Numbered from the stretch's first letter, positions 18,466-30,256 are shown. The stretch is 64,000 nucleotides of DNA from Steroidobacteraceae bacterium (GCA_035250905.1 DATFEQ010000043.1:9598-73597); one strand, 5' to 3'. The notes: generated by a model from the letters alone, not told the origin. Numbers and translations: made by a program.

Positions 18466-19041
18466 GTGACCACGCGCGAGCTGCCGCTCTTTCCGCTCAA
18501 CACGGTGCTGTTTCCCGGCGGACCGCTGCCCCTCAGGATCTTCGAGCCGCGCTACGTCGACATGGTGAAGCGCTGCCTGCGCGATCAGGCGCCCTTCGGC
18601 GTGGTGCTGATCCGCGCTGGCGAAGAGGCGGGAGCGGCGGAATTTCACGACCTTGGTACGCTCGCACGCATCGTCGATTTCGACACGCTGCCGGATGGCC
18701 TGCTCGGACTCTCGTGCATTGGTGAGCAGCGCTTTCGCGTGCACGGCCACGTGCGCCTCCAGGACGGTCTCAACGTGGGGCAGGTCAACGTGTTCGATCC
18801 GGACGTGCCCATGCCGGTGCCGGTCGAGTACGGCGACCTCGTTGCCCTGCTGGAGCGCCTGCTGCCGGAGCTGGGTGAGTGGTATGCACGCGTCGAGCGT
18901 CATCCCGACGACGCGCACTGGGTGAGCTATCGCCTGGCGGAGCTGCTGCCCTTGTCGATGCAGTCGCGGCAGTTCTGTCTCGAGCTCGCCGACCCAAGCG
19001 AGCGCCTGCGCCTGCTCAGCGAGGTGCTCGGCTCCGGCTGA
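18466..19041 (+). CDS. LON substrate-binding (N-terminal) domain protein
   Basis: LPLFPLNTVLFPGGPLPLRIFEPRY is the hallmark start of the Lon N-domain. The protein is 191 aa with no ATPase or protease part. GTG start. Confidence 0.8.
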   Translation: MTTRELPLFPLNTVLFPGGPLPLRIFEPRYVDMVKRCLRDQAPFGVVLIRAGEEAGAAEFHDLGTLARIVDFDTLPDGLLGLSCIGEQRFRVHGHVRLQDGLNVGQVNVFDPDVPMPVPVEYGDLVALLERLLPELGEWYARVERHPDDAHWVSYRLAELLPLSMQSRQFCLELADPSERLRLLSEVLGSG

Positions 19042-19897
19042 AGTACGCGTACGCCGCGACGATGGCCGCCGACCACACGAAGACCAGCCAGCCGACCACG
19101 CCGTCATAGTCCCCGACCAGGAACGACCAGCGGCTTTGCGGATTTCGTACCGAGAGCTCGCGCAGCACGCCGATCACGCAGACCCAGCCCGCGTGCAACC
19201 CGATGCACGCCGCGATGTGCCCGGTGCGCGCCCGAATCAATCCGAGCAACACGCCGACGGCGGCGAGCGCCAGGAAGGAATCGACGATCAGCTGGGGTTG
19301 CGCGAACGTGGCGAACGTGCCCCGCAGGAGGTCGCGACCGCTGCCCCAATCGACGTCTTCGTGAGCGATGCGCACCCGGCTCAGGAAATGCAGCGCCGAG
19401 TAGATGAGCGCCGTCAGGCCGATCGCAGCCCGGTCGCCCGATTCGCGTGCGATCGCGGTGTACATCGCGCCGCGCAGGAAGGTCTCCTCCGCGAATGCGA
19501 CCACCAGGCCGGCAAGCAACGCGCTTGCGATCGTGAGCAGGACACCCGTAAGCCCCGGGGAGCCCGGCGCCTTGAGCTCGCGCACGTCGAGGCCGAAGAG
19601 GATCGCAGCCACCGGCAGCATCGAGACGATCCCGAGGGCGAGGGCGAGGAGCAAAGTGCGCACGAATGTCGCGCTGGTGGCGCCGTAGCCCCAGTCCGCA
19701 CGGCTGCGCACCTGCAGGCGCCGCAACACCAGCAGGAGACCCAGGAGCAACAACAGCATCGCGAGCCGGGCGGCGATCCGATGGAACGGCCAGCCCTCGT
19801 TGAGTGGATGAACCAGCAAGTACGCCGGGTAGGCGAGCAGCGCGCCCGCCGCGAAGCAGAACGCCATGAGCAGCACGAGGGTCAGGAAGGCGCGCAT
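19016..19897 (-). CDS. CPBP family intramembrane glutamic endopeptidase (CAAX protease-like)
   Basis: Polytopic, with the EETFLRG (EExxxR) and YSALHF motifs typical of the CPBP/Abi family. Its 3' end overlaps the LON-domain gene by 26 nt. Confidence 0.8.
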   Translation of the reverse strand: MRAFLTLVLLMAFCFAAGALLAYPAYLLVHPLNEGWPFHRIAARLAMLLLLLGLLLVLRRLQVRSRADWGYGATSATFVRTLLLALALGIVSMLPVAAILFGLDVRELKAPGSPGLTGVLLTIASALLAGLVVAFAEETFLRGAMYTAIARESGDRAAIGLTALIYSALHFLSRVRIAHEDVDWGSGRDLLRGTFATFAQPQLIVDSFLALAAVGVLLGLIRARTGHIAACIGLHAGWVCVIGVLRELSVRNPQSRWSFLVGDYDGVVGWLVFVWSAAIVAAYAYFSRSRAPR

Positions 19898-20029
19898 GAC
19901 AGGCGCGGCACATTACTGGAGGAGGCGGCGGGTCAACAACATTTGTGGACAAACGCGGCGCGAACCGGCATGGCCCGCGAGCGGAGCCTGGAGTCTAGTG
20001 AGTACGCGACGGACCGCACGGGAGGCCAC

Positions 20030-20416
20030 ATGGACGAAGTCACCGCATTGAAGCTGATCGACACGCTGGCGAGCGGCGTTAACCCCCTCACCGGGGAGCT
20101 GCTCGGACCCGACCACCCCTGCCAGCAGGCGGACGTGGTGCGAGCGCTTTGCCTCGCGGCGCGTGCGCTCGACGAACGGCGTCAGCGCACGGAACGCCAG
20201 CGCGGGCTGCCCGCCAACGTGGGTAAGTCCTGGACCGCCGCCGAGGACGAAGCGTTGGTCGCCGAGTTCCACGCCGGCAAGAAGCTCGGCGAGCTGGCGC
20301 TGCTGCATCAGCGGACCCAGACGGGCATCCAGGCGCGGCTGGAGAAGCTCGGGCTGGTGGAGCCCACGCCGGGCAACGGGGCCGCCGGCGCGTTCAGGCG
20401 CGTGGTCAGGAGCTAG
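20030..20416 (+). CDS. Hypothetical protein with a Myb/SANT-like helix-turn-helix C-terminal half
   Basis: 128 aa from ATG 20030. WTAAEDEALVAEFHAGKKLGELALLHQRTQTGIQARLEKLGL follows the WT.EED..L...G....A...RT.....R...L spacing of Myb/SANT repeats. The upstream part of the ORF is antisense to the CPBP gene and was rejected. Confidence 0.5.
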   Translation: MDEVTALKLIDTLASGVNPLTGELLGPDHPCQQADVVRALCLAARALDERRQRTERQRGLPANVGKSWTAAEDEALVAEFHAGKKLGELALLHQRTQTGIQARLEKLGLVEPTPGNGAAGAFRRVVRS

Positions 20417-20491
20417 TGCAGAGCTGCCCTCTGGGCGCGCAGATCGTCCGTTATCATTACGAAAAGGGGGTCGGCATAGAGTGATCAGCTA

Positions 20492-21016
20492 GTGACGCGC
20501 CTGGAAGTGATTACCGCGGACATCACGACGCTCGCGGTGGATGCGATCGTCAACGCCGCCAACAAGCAGCTCGCGGGCGGCGGCGGCGTGGATGGGGCCA
20601 TTCATCGGGCCGCCGGGCCGGAGCTGCTGGCCGAATGCCGCACGCTCGGCGGCTGTCCCACTGGCGATGCGCGCCTGACGCGTGGATATCGACTGCCTGC
20701 GCGCTATGTGATCCACGCAGTGGGCCCGGTCTGGAGCGGCGGCAACGCAGGCGAGGCGGAGCTGCTCGCCTCCTGCTACCGGCGCTCCCTCGAGCTCGCC
20801 ACGGCGCACGGCCTGCGCAGCCTCGCCTTCTCGGCGATCAGCTGCGGTGTGTATGGCTATCCGATCGAGCAGGCGGCGGGCATTGCGCTCGGCGAGGTGC
20901 ACGCCCATCTCGCGCGTCATGCCGGCATCGAGCTGGTGCAATTCTGCTGTTTCGGGGACGACGTCACGAGCGCCTATCGGCGCGCGCTGGCCGCGCTACC
21001 CGTGGGCGTTGGCTGA
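20492..21016 (+). CDS. Macro domain protein (O-acetyl-ADP-ribose deacetylase, YmdB-like)
   Basis: [26 protein letters not shown] and [15 protein letters not shown] are canonical macro-domain motifs. GTG start. Confidence 0.9.
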   Translation: MTRLEVITADITTLAVDAIVNAANKQLAGGGGVDGAIHRAAGPELLAECRTLGGCPTGDARLTRGYRLPARYVIHAVGPVWSGGNAGEAELLASCYRRSLELATAHGLRSLAFSAISCGVYGYPIEQAAGIALGEVHAHLARHAGIELVQFCCFGDDVTSAYRRALAALPVGVG

Positions 21017-21025
21017 GCACGCCGC

Positions 21026-21190
21026 ATGAAGGTCTACATGTGCGTCATCTGCGGTTTCGTCTTCGAAGAGGAGAAGGGCGATCCGTTGCGAGGCATTCCG
21101 CCAGGGACGCGCTGGGAGGACGTACCGCTCTCGTGGCGCTGTCCGGACTGTGGTGCAGGCAAGGAAGACTTCGAGATGATCGAGATCTGA
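21026..21190 (+). CDS. Rubredoxin
   Basis: Hand-translated; it is below the ORF-track length cutoff. MKVYMCVICGFVFEEEKGDPLRGIPPGTRWEDVPLSWRCPDCGAGKEDFEMIEI has both CxxCG knuckles and conserved aromatic residues. It starts 9 nt after the macro-domain stop. Confidence 0.9.
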   Translation: MKVYMCVICGFVFEEEKGDPLRGIPPGTRWEDVPLSWRCPDCGAGKEDFEMIEI

Positions 21191-21209
21191 GCGGCTCGCG
21201 CGGCCGGGA

Positions 21210-22091
21210 CTACTGACGGCGCGCGCCGTGACCCTGTGTCTTCAGCATCTCGATGACGCTGTCCGGCCCGGTGAGGTGCAGCACGCCCACCACGATGAGG
21301 TAGTCCTTGTCGTCATCCAGGAGCTCGGCGATCTGGCGCGTCCAGCTGCGGTTACGTGCCACGACCAGCGGCTGATAGAGGTCCGGAAACTGCTCGAAGC
21401 CCTCCGACATCAAGCGCTCCAGCGCTGCAACGTCGCCGCGGCTCCACGCATCGATGAGCTTGTCGATCTCCTGCGGCAGGTCCACCGCCTCCTCGAGCGA
21501 CATCAGCAGGAACTCCTGTTGCCGCTCGAGCGATAGCGAGTCGAACACGCTGAACTGGTCGCTGACGGTCTCGAGTCCGCGCACTTCCTTGCCGTCGCGA
21601 ACGGCATCCTCCACCAGCCGCTGCTCGACGCCGGCGGAAGGGTCGAGCCCCAGCCGGATGATCTGTGCCTGGATCGCGGTGATCGCGACCACCCACGGCT
21701 CGAGGCGCGCGAGCTGGTCGAGGTCGAGCCCGAGCTTCTGTGCCTCGGTCTTGGCGCGCGTGTAGCGCTCGGCGCCCATGACGCCGGCGAGAGTCTGCTC
21801 GGGCGGCAGAATGCCGTTGCTCAGCGTGAACTGCTGCACTTCGGTCGGATCGAGATCGTCGAGATCGATCTCCATGTAGAGGACGTCCGCGTCCTGGTAT
21901 GCGCGCTGCAACGTCGCGGGCAGCGCCTTCCCGTCGTTGCGCAGGGCGTGCACGGACCCGATGAGGTAGACGGAGTTGCTGCGTCCGGCGAGCTGCCAGA
22001 TGGCGGGCGTGGCGCTCTGTGAATGGGCAACGCCCGACAGCAGCGAGGCAGCGAGAACGGTGGCCGCAGCGAACGCGGCGCGCGTGGTCAC
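21210..22091 (-). CDS. TraB/GumN family protein, secreted
   Basis: A signal peptide (AAFAAATVLAASLLSGVAHS) and SNSVYLIGSVHAL...DVLYMEIDLDD match GumN/TraB. GTG 22091 overlaps the cpdA stop (GTGA). Confidence 0.8.
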   Translation of the reverse strand: MTTRAAFAAATVLAASLLSGVAHSQSATPAIWQLAGRSNSVYLIGSVHALRNDGKALPATLQRAYQDADVLYMEIDLDDLDPTEVQQFTLSNGILPPEQTLAGVMGAERYTRAKTEAQKLGLDLDQLARLEPWVVAITAIQAQIIRLGLDPSAGVEQRLVEDAVRDGKEVRGLETVSDQFSVFDSLSLERQQEFLLMSLEEAVDLPQEIDKLIDAWSRGDVAALERLMSEGFEQFPDLYQPLVVARNRSWTRQIAELLDDDKDYLIVVGVLHLTGPDSVIEMLKTQGHGARRQ

Positions 22092-22849
22092 GGCGTGTAA
22101 CCCTCGACCCACACGACTTCGCTCGCGATGCGCCCATCGGCATGCAGATCGAGCCATCGATAGCCGGGCGGTCGCCGGTCGATGGCAAACGAGTCGCTGT
22201 GCGGCAGGAACTGCGCGCAGGTCGAGGGCGTGCTCAGGAGCTGGACGCCCTTGCGCTCCTCGTCGTGTATCTGGTGCACGTGTCCCCACAGCACGCCGCG
22301 CACGTTGTTGTGCCGGTCGAGCACGGCAAAGAACTCATCCGCGTTCTCGAGCCCGACCTGGTCGAGCCAGCGACTGTGCATCGCGACCGGGTGGTGGTGC
22401 AGGCAGACGAGCGCGTGGCGGCCGGCGTCCGCCTTGAGCGAGGCGTCGAGCGCGTCGAGGCTCTTGCGGCTCAACCGCCCTTGCGCCTTGCCGGCGAGGA
22501 AACTGTCGAGCATCACCACGACCCAGCCCGGCCAGCGGGCGACGCCACCGAGTTGAAACGGCGCCCCCTGCAACACGCGCGCCATCGCCTCGGGCTCGTC
22601 ATGGTTCCCGGGAATGCAATACACCGGCACACCGAGGCCCGCGAATACTTCGCGAAACCGCGCATAGCCGCTCGGGTCGTCCTGCACCAGGTCGCCGGTG
22701 GCGAGGATCGCCTGGCACGGCCAATAGCGCGCGCGCGCGTGCTCGATGGCGGCGAGGAGGGCGGGGTACGTCGTGACGCCACGCAGCTTCCCGTCGGCCT
22801 CGCCGTACAGGTGCGTGTCGGTGAACTGAATGAGGCGCAACGTGCTCAT
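22088..22849 (-). CDS. cpdA: 3',5'-cyclic-nucleotide phosphodiesterase (class III metallophosphoesterase)
   Basis: Metallophosphoesterase motifs QFTDTHL, TGDLVQD, GNHD and HHHP are present, with length and order as in CpdA. Confidence 0.85.
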   Translation of the reverse strand: MSTLRLIQFTDTHLYGEADGKLRGVTTYPALLAAIEHARARYWPCQAILATGDLVQDDPSGYARFREVFAGLGVPVYCIPGNHDEPEAMARVLQGAPFQLGGVARWPGWVVVMLDSFLAGKAQGRLSRKSLDALDASLKADAGRHALVCLHHHPVAMHSRWLDQVGLENADEFFAVLDRHNNVRGVLWGHVHQIHDEERKGVQLLSTPSTCAQFLPHSDSFAIDRRPPGYRWLDLHADGRIASEVVWVEGYTP

Positions 22850-23098
22850 CGTGAGCGTTCAATCGCATGGCTCTGCGGTTCTGCCCTCAGACATCGATTG
22901 GATCACATTTTTTCCCGCTGAAAAATCGCCGGCATCATAACAGAGGGTCGAAAACGCCAAGGGTGAACCAGGTCGCGCGCAGGGCGCTGTAGGACGTGCA
23001 TCCGGGTGCGCACGCCGGGTGCTCTGTGACGCGCAACACTGTCACAGAGAGCAGCACGTCGCACCGAACCCGGGTGTGCCGATCGGCGTCGGGGTGGG

Positions 23099-23135
23099 GC
23101 TCGCCCGCAGGCGCTGACGCGCCGTGCGGGCGAGC
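23099..23135 (-). terminator. GC-rich hairpin immediately downstream of ahcY (putative terminator, no U-tract)
   Basis: A 10-bp perfect stem GCTCGCCCGC/GCGGGCGAGC plus an inner 5-bp stem GGCGC/GCGCC, 8 nt after the ahcY stop. No T/U run follows. Confidence 0.4.
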
Positions 23136-23143
23136 GGATGAGC

Positions 23144-24562
<1,419 letters not shown>

Positions 24563-24585
24563 GTCGGTCTCCTTGAGTTAAGGAT

Positions 24586-24668
24586 GATGAGCGCCGTTGT
24601 ACGAAAAGTCCCGCCCTCCAAGCCTCGCGCACCGCTTTGCGCAGTGCGTTGCAGCGCCCCTTGGGCGA
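24586..24668 (-). promoter_or_regulatory. SAH riboswitch (S-adenosylhomocysteine-responsive leader of ahcY)
   Basis: The minus-strand RNA is CCAAGGGGCGCUGCAACGC...GCGCGAGGCUUGGAGG...CAACGGCGCUCAU. This matches the conserved AGGRGCGCUGC, AGGCUYGG and CAACGGCGCUCA blocks of the SAH element. The AAGGAG SD and the ATG follow within 25 nt. Confidence 0.75.
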
Positions 24669-24684
24669 CGGAACCCAGTGAAGC

Positions 24685-25866
24685 TTAGCCGGTGGCGGCC
24701 ACCTTGCGCACACCGGCCGCGGCAGCCAATGCCTCAGCCTTGTCGGTGCGTTCCCAGGTGAACTCGGGTTCTTCGCGGCCGAAGTGGCCGTAGGCGGCGG
24801 TCTTCTGATAAATCGGGCGCACGAGATCGAGCATCTCGCGCAGACCAAACGGCGTGAGATCGAAGTGTTCGCGCACCAGCTCGGTGAGGCGCTCGCGCGA
24901 GACTTTGCCCGTGCCGAACGTCTCCACCATGATCGAGGTGGGCTCGGCCACGCCGATCGCGTAGGACACCTGGATCTCGCAGCGATCCGCCAGGCCCGCC
25001 GCCACCACGTTCTTCGCCACGTAGCGGGCCGCGTAGGCCGCGGAGCGATCCACCTTCGAAGGGTCCTTGCCGGAGAACGCGCCGCCGCCGTGACGCGCCA
25101 TGCCGCCGTAGGTATCGACGATGATCTTGCGTCCGGTGACGCCGCAATCACCCACGGGGCCGCCGATGACGAAACGGCCCGTCGGGTTGATGTGAAAGCG
25201 CGTGCTGCGATCGAGCCAGTTCTTGGGCAATACCGGCTTGATGATCTCTTCCATCACGCCCTGGCGCAGCTCTTCCTGCGAGACATCCGGATGATGCTGT
25301 GTGGAGAGCACCACGGCGTCGATGCCGATGGGCTTATCCTCTTCGTAGCGCAGCGTGATCTGGCTCTTGGCGTCGGGCCGCAGCCACGGCAGCTTCCCGG
25401 TGCGGCGCACTTCCGCCTGGCGCTGCACGAGGCGATGCGCATAAGTGATCGGTGCCGGCATGAGCACGTCGGTCTCGTTGCTCGCGTAGCCGAACATGAG
25501 TCCCTGGTCGCCGGCGCCCTGCGCGCGCTCCTGCTCGCGGTCGACGCCCATGGCGATGTCGGAGGATTGCTTGCCGATGAGGTTGAGCACGGCGCAGGTG
25601 GCGCCGTCGAAACCCATCTCGGAGCTGTTGTAGCCGATGTGCAGGATCGTCTTGCGCACCAGGTCCTCGAGATCGACCCACGCGCTCGTCGTCACTTCGC
25701 CGGCGATGATGGCGACACCCGTTTTCACGAGCGTCTCGCAGGCGACGCGCGCGCGCCGGTCCTGCTTGAGCATGGAGTCGAGCACCGCATCCGAGATCTG
25801 ATCGGCCACTTTGTCCGGGTGCCCTTCGGAGACCGATTCGGACGTAAATAGGAAGCTGCTCGCCAT
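24685..25866 (-). CDS. metK: S-adenosylmethionine synthetase
   Basis: [24 protein letters not shown] and [16 protein letters not shown] are signature motifs. Confidence 0.95.
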   Translation of the reverse strand: MASSFLFTSESVSEGHPDKVADQISDAVLDSMLKQDRRARVACETLVKTGVAIIAGEVTTSAWVDLEDLVRKTILHIGYNSSEMGFDGATCAVLNLIGKQSSDIAMGVDREQERAQGAGDQGLMFGYASNETDVLMPAPITYAHRLVQRQAEVRRTGKLPWLRPDAKSQITLRYEEDKPIGIDAVVLSTQHHPDVSQEELRQGVMEEIIKPVLPKNWLDRSTRFHINPTGRFVIGGPVGDCGVTGRKIIVDTYGGMARHGGGAFSGKDPSKVDRSAAYAARYVAKNVVAAGLADRCEIQVSYAIGVAEPTSIMVETFGTGKVSRERLTELVREHFDLTPFGLREMLDLVRPIYQKTAAYGHFGREEPEFTWERTDKAEALAAAAGVRKVAATG

Positions 25867-26029
25867 CTTGCAAAACTCGTAGCGGAATCAAGGGGGTGGC
25901 AAGTATAGCGGCCCACCGCGGATTTTTTCAGTGATGCTTTTCGCGCGACGCATGTCTTTGAACGGCTTGCCGTTGCTGCCCCCGGCGGCTTATTGGACAA
26001 TGCGCGGCTTTCATTTTGAGGGAAGGTCG

Positions 26030-28027
26030 ATGTCCAGCCGCCGCGAGCTTGCCAACGCCATCCGTGCGCTCGCCATGGATGCTGTCCAGCAAGCGAACTC
26101 GGGTCACCCGGGTGCGCCCATGGGAATGGCGGACATCGCCGAGGTCCTGTGGCGGGACTTCCTCAAACATAATCCTGCCAACCCGCTATGGTGGGATCGC
26201 GACCGGTTCGTGCTGTCGAACGGCCACGGCTCGATGCTTTTGTATTCTTTACTACACCTGACCGGCTACCCCGTCACGATCGAAGAGCTGCGCAACTTTC
26301 GACAGCTCGGGGCGCGCACCGCCGGACACCCTGAGCACGAGCCTGAAATGGGCGTCGAGACCACCACGGGGCCGCTGGGGCAGGGGCTCACCAACGCGGT
26401 CGGCATGGCGATCGCCGAGCGCGCGCTCGCCGCCAACTTCAACCGCCCGGGTCTCGACATCGTCGATCACTACACCTATGTGTTCCTGGGCGATGGCTGC
26501 CTGATGGAAGGCATCTCGCACGAGGCCTGCTCGCTCGCGGGCACGCTCAAGCTCGGCAAGCTCATCTGCTTCTACGACGACAACGGCATTTCCATCGACG
26601 GCGAAGTCGAGGGCTGGTTCACGGACGACACGCCCGCGCGCTTCGAGGCTTATGGGTGGCACGTCGTCCGCGAGATCGACGGCCATGACTCCGAGGCGGT
26701 GCGTCGCGCGATCGAGGAGGCGCGCCTGGTGACCGATCGGCCCTCAATGCTCTGTTGCCGCACGATCATCGGCTGGGGCGCACCCAACAAGCAGGGCACC
26801 GAGGCGACGCACGGGGCACCGCTGGGCGCGGACGAAGTGAGCGCCGCGCGCCAGACGCTCGGCTGGAAGCACGAGCCGTTCGTCGTTCCCGACGCCATTC
26901 GCGCGCAATGGGATGCGCGCGCCAAGGGTCGTGAGCGCGAGGCCGACTGGCAGCGCACTTTCGAGCGCTATCGAAAGGAGCACCCGGAGCTTGCGGCGCA
27001 GTTCGAGCGGCGCATGCGCGGCGAGCTTCCCGGTGACTTCTCCACTGCAGTCACGAGCTGCGTCGAGGGCGCCGTCAAGCAGGCGGCGAACGTCGCCACG
27101 CGTCAGTCCTCGCAGGCGGCGTTGAACGCGCTCGGCCCGTTCCTGCCGGAGCTGATCGGCGGATCGGCGGACCTCACGGGCTCGAACAACACGCTGCGCA
27201 AGGATTCGAAGACACTGAGCGCGGAGAACCCCGGCGGCAACTACATCTACTTCGGGGTGCGCGAGTTCGGCATGTCCGCGATCCTGAACGGCATCGCCCT
27301 GCACCGCGGTTTCATTCCTTACGGCGGGACATTCCTGACGTTCTCGGATTACGCGCGCAACGCGGTGCGCATGAGCGCGATCATGAAGCAGGGCACGATC
27401 TTCGTGTACACGCACGACTCGATCGGCCTCGGAGAGGACGGCCCCACGCATCAGGCCGTCGAGCACGTCGCGAGCCTGCGGCTGATTCCCGGGATGACGC
27501 TGTGGCGGCCGTGCGATGCGGTCGAGACGGCTGCAGCCTGGGGCGCCGCCATCGAACACCGCGAGGGCCCGACGTGTCTCGCCCTCACGCGCCAATCCGT
27601 CCCGCACCAGCAACGCACCGCGGTGCAGATCGCGGCGATCCGCCGCGGCGGTTACACGCTGATCGACTGCGCCGGGACGCCCGAGTGCATCGTGATCGCC
27701 ACGGGCTCGGAAGTCGGCATCGCCGCGGAGGCAGTGCGTGAGCTGCAGAAGCGTGGGCGGCGCGTGCGCCTGGTCTCGATGCCGAGCTGCGAAGTGTTCG
27801 CGCGCAACGACGCGAGCTACCGCGACGAGGTCCTGCCTGCCGCAGTACGCAAGCGCGTGGCGGTGGAAGCGGGTGTAACGGGCTTTTGGGGGCAATACGT
27901 GGGGCTCGACGGTCGCGTGATCGGCATCGATCGCTTCGGCGCATCGGGCAAGGCACCGGACCTGTTTCGACACTTCGGGTTCACGGCGGGCCGCGTGCTG
28001 GAAACAGTCGAGGAACTCCTGGAGTAG
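26030..28027 (+). CDS. tkt: Transketolase
   Basis: From ATG 26030 ([19 protein letters not shown]). It has the [11 protein letters not shown] and [12 protein letters not shown] thiamine-diphosphate motifs. Confidence 0.95.
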   Translation: MSSRRELANAIRALAMDAVQQANSGHPGAPMGMADIAEVLWRDFLKHNPANPLWWDRDRFVLSNGHGSMLLYSLLHLTGYPVTIEELRNFRQLGARTAGHPEHEPEMGVETTTGPLGQGLTNAVGMAIAERALAANFNRPGLDIVDHYTYVFLGDGCLMEGISHEACSLAGTLKLGKLICFYDDNGISIDGEVEGWFTDDTPARFEAYGWHVVREIDGHDSEAVRRAIEEARLVTDRPSMLCCRTIIGWGAPNKQGTEATHGAPLGADEVSAARQTLGWKHEPFVVPDAIRAQWDARAKGREREADWQRTFERYRKEHPELAAQFERRMRGELPGDFSTAVTSCVEGAVKQAANVATRQSSQAALNALGPFLPELIGGSADLTGSNNTLRKDSKTLSAENPGGNYIYFGVREFGMSAILNGIALHRGFIPYGGTFLTFSDYARNAVRMSAIMKQGTIFVYTHDSIGLGEDGPTHQAVEHVASLRLIPGMTLWRPCDAVETAAAWGAAIEHREGPTCLALTRQSVPHQQRTAVQIAAIRRGGYTLIDCAGTPECIVIATGSEVGIAAEAVRELQKRGRRVRLVSMPSCEVFARNDASYRDEVLPAAVRKRVAVEAGVTGFWGQYVGLDGRVIGIDRFGASGKAPDLFRHFGFTAGRVLETVEELLE

Positions 28028-28031
28028 CACA

Positions 28032-29045
28032 ATGGCGATCAAGATTGGGATCAACGGATACGGCCGCATCGGCCGCAACACCCTGCGGGCGCTCTACGAG
28101 GCGGGGCGCCAGAAGGAGCTCCAGATCGTGGCGCTCAACGATCTGGGCGACGCCAATACCAACGCCCACCTGACGCGTTACGACACCGTGCACGGCAAAT
28201 TTCCAGGCGAGCTCAAGGTCGACGGCAATGCCCTGATCGTCAACGGCGATCGCATCCGCGTGCTTGCGGAGCGCGATCCTGCCAAGCTGCCGTGGGGTGA
28301 GCTCGGCGTCGAGATCGTGCTCGAGTGCACCGGTCTCTTCACGAGCAAGGCCAAGGCGAGCGGGCACCTCAAGGCCGGCGCCAAGAAGGTGATCATCTCG
28401 GCGCCGGGCGGCGAGGACGTGGATGCCACCATCGTCTACGGCGTCAACCACGACGTGCTGAAGGCGAGCCACACGGTGATCTCGAACGCCTCCTGCACGA
28501 CCAACTGTCTGGCGCCGATCGTCAAGGTGCTGCACGACAAGGTCGGGGTCGTGAGCGGCATCATGACCACGGTGCACGCCTACACCAACGACCAGGTGCT
28601 GACCGATGTCTATCATTCCGACCTGCGCCGCGCGCGCTCCGCGACCATGTCGATGATCCCGACCAAGACGGGCGCCGCGGCCGCCGTCGGCCTGGTGCTC
28701 CCCGAGCTCAAGGGCAAGCTCGACGGTTTCGCGGTGCGCGTGCCGACCATCAACGTGTCACTGGTCGACCTGACATTCACGCCGGCGCGCAAGACCTCGG
28801 TGGACGAGATCCACGGGCTCATGAAGAACGCGGCGGCCGGCCCGCTCAAGGGCATCCTGGCCTACAGCGACGGCCCGCTGGTGTCGGTCGACTTCAATCA
28901 CGATCCGGCCTCCTCTACCTACGACGCCACGCTCACCAAGGTGATCGAGGGCAACCTGGTCAAGGTGTGCGCCTGGTACGACAACGAGTGGGGCTTCTCC
29001 AATCGCATGCTCGACACCACGGTCGCGTGGGCGAATGCTCGCTGA
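28032..29045 (+). CDS. gap: Glyceraldehyde-3-phosphate dehydrogenase, type I
   Basis: INGYGRIGR Rossmann start, active site [12 protein letters not shown], and [10 protein letters not shown]-terminal motif. Confidence 0.95.
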   Translation: MAIKIGINGYGRIGRNTLRALYEAGRQKELQIVALNDLGDANTNAHLTRYDTVHGKFPGELKVDGNALIVNGDRIRVLAERDPAKLPWGELGVEIVLECTGLFTSKAKASGHLKAGAKKVIISAPGGEDVDATIVYGVNHDVLKASHTVISNASCTTNCLAPIVKVLHDKVGVVSGIMTTVHAYTNDQVLTDVYHSDLRRARSATMSMIPTKTGAAAAVGLVLPELKGKLDGFAVRVPTINVSLVDLTFTPARKTSVDEIHGLMKNAAAGPLKGILAYSDGPLVSVDFNHDPASSTYDATLTKVIEGNLVKVCAWYDNEWGFSNRMLDTTVAWANAR

Positions 29046-29079
29046 ATCTCTGCTCGCCCCGCGCGGCGGGAGGCACCCC

Positions 29080-30255
29080 ATGAAAGTGCTGCGCATGACG
29101 GATCTCGAGCTGCGAGAGCAGCGGGTCCTGATCCGCGAGGACCTGAACGTCCCGGTGAAGGATGGCCAGGTCACGAGCGACGCGCGCATCCGCGCTTGCC
29201 TGTCGACCATCCAGCACGCGCTCGACGCGAACGCACGCGTGATGGTGCTTTCGCACCTGGGCCGGCCGGAGGAGGGCACCTACAGCGAGGAGTTCTCGCT
29301 CAAGCCGGTCGCTGCACGACTCGCGGAGCTCCTGGGGCACCGGGTACGCTTCGAGGCGCACTGGCTCGATGGCCTGATCTGCAAGCCGGGGGAAGTCGTG
29401 CTGTGCGAAAACGTGCGCTTCAACAAGGGCGAGAAAAAGAACGACGAGGCCCTGGCGCGACGCTTGGCGGCACTGTGCGACATCTTCGTGATGGATGCGT
29501 TCGGCACGGCGCATCGCGCCGAGGCGAGCACGCACGGTGTCGCGCGCTTCGCGCCCATCGCCTGCGCGGGACCGCTGCTGGTGAGCGAGCTGCAGGCGCT
29601 CGAGACGGCGCTCGAGAAGCCCGCACGGCCGATGATGGCCATCGTGGCGGGCTCGAAAGTGTCGACCAAGCTCACCGTGCTCGAGGCCCTCCTCGCCAAG
29701 GTCGATCAGCTGATCGTGGGCGGCGGCATCGCGAACACCTTCCTGGCCGCGGCGGGTCTTCCGGTCGGCAAGTCGCTGCACGAAGCGAACATGATCGACA
29801 TCGCGCGCCGGCTGATGGACGAGTCGAGGAAGCGGGACACCGAAATTCCGTTGCCGACCGACGTGGTGGTCGCGCGCGAGTTCTCCGCCAGCGCCGAGGC
29901 GGACGTGAAAGCGGTCGCCGACGTGGAGCCGGACGATATGATCCTCGACATCGGGCCCGACACCGCGGAGCGCTTTGCGCAGCTCATCGGCCGGGCGGGC
30001 ACTATCGTCTGGAACGGGCCGGTGGGCGTGTTCGAATTCGATCAGTTTGGCGAAGGCACGCGCGTCCTCGCGCATGCGATCGCGAGGAGCCCGGCCTTCT
30101 CGCTCGCCGGGGGCGGCGACACGCTGGCGGCCATCGAGAAGTACGGAGTGGAGGACGGTATCTCCTACATATCAACCGGTGGCGGGGCGTTTCTTGAGTT
30201 CGTGGAGGGCAAGAAGCTCCCCGCGGTCGCGATCCTCGAAGAACGGGCGCGGTGA
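29080..30255 (+). CDS. pgk: Phosphoglycerate kinase
   Basis: From ATG 29080. It has [24 protein letters not shown] and [11 protein letters not shown] motifs. Confidence 0.95.
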   Translation: MKVLRMTDLELREQRVLIREDLNVPVKDGQVTSDARIRACLSTIQHALDANARVMVLSHLGRPEEGTYSEEFSLKPVAARLAELLGHRVRFEAHWLDGLICKPGEVVLCENVRFNKGEKKNDEALARRLAALCDIFVMDAFGTAHRAEASTHGVARFAPIACAGPLLVSELQALETALEKPARPMMAIVAGSKVSTKLTVLEALLAKVDQLIVGGGIANTFLAAAGLPVGKSLHEANMIDIARRLMDESRKRDTEIPLPTDVVVAREFSASAEADVKAVADVEPDDMILDIGPDTAERFAQLIGRAGTIVWNGPVGVFEFDQFGEGTRVLAHAIARSPAFSLAGGGDTLAAIEKYGVEDGISYISTGGGAFLEFVEGKKLPAVAILEERAR

Positions 30256-30256
30256 C

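Noticed and set aside
19136-20029. First 298 codons of the 426-aa plus-strand ORF
   Set aside because: It is antisense to the CPBP protease gene, with a highly charged, Arg/Glu/His-rich composition. Only the last 128 codons (from ATG 20030) lie in otherwise uncovered DNA.
23021-23052. TGTGAC...GTCACA inverted repeat as a CRP site
   Set aside because: The half-sites are separated by about 12 nt rather than 6. It is more likely a simple hairpin in the ahcY 3' region.
25867-26029. Possible SAM riboswitch upstream of metK
   Set aside because: I looked for SAM-I, SAM-II and SAM/SAH consensus blocks in the minus-strand leader. I could find only a short CTTGC/GCAAG pairing around the start codon. 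That is not enough to call anything. An Rfam cmscan would settle it.
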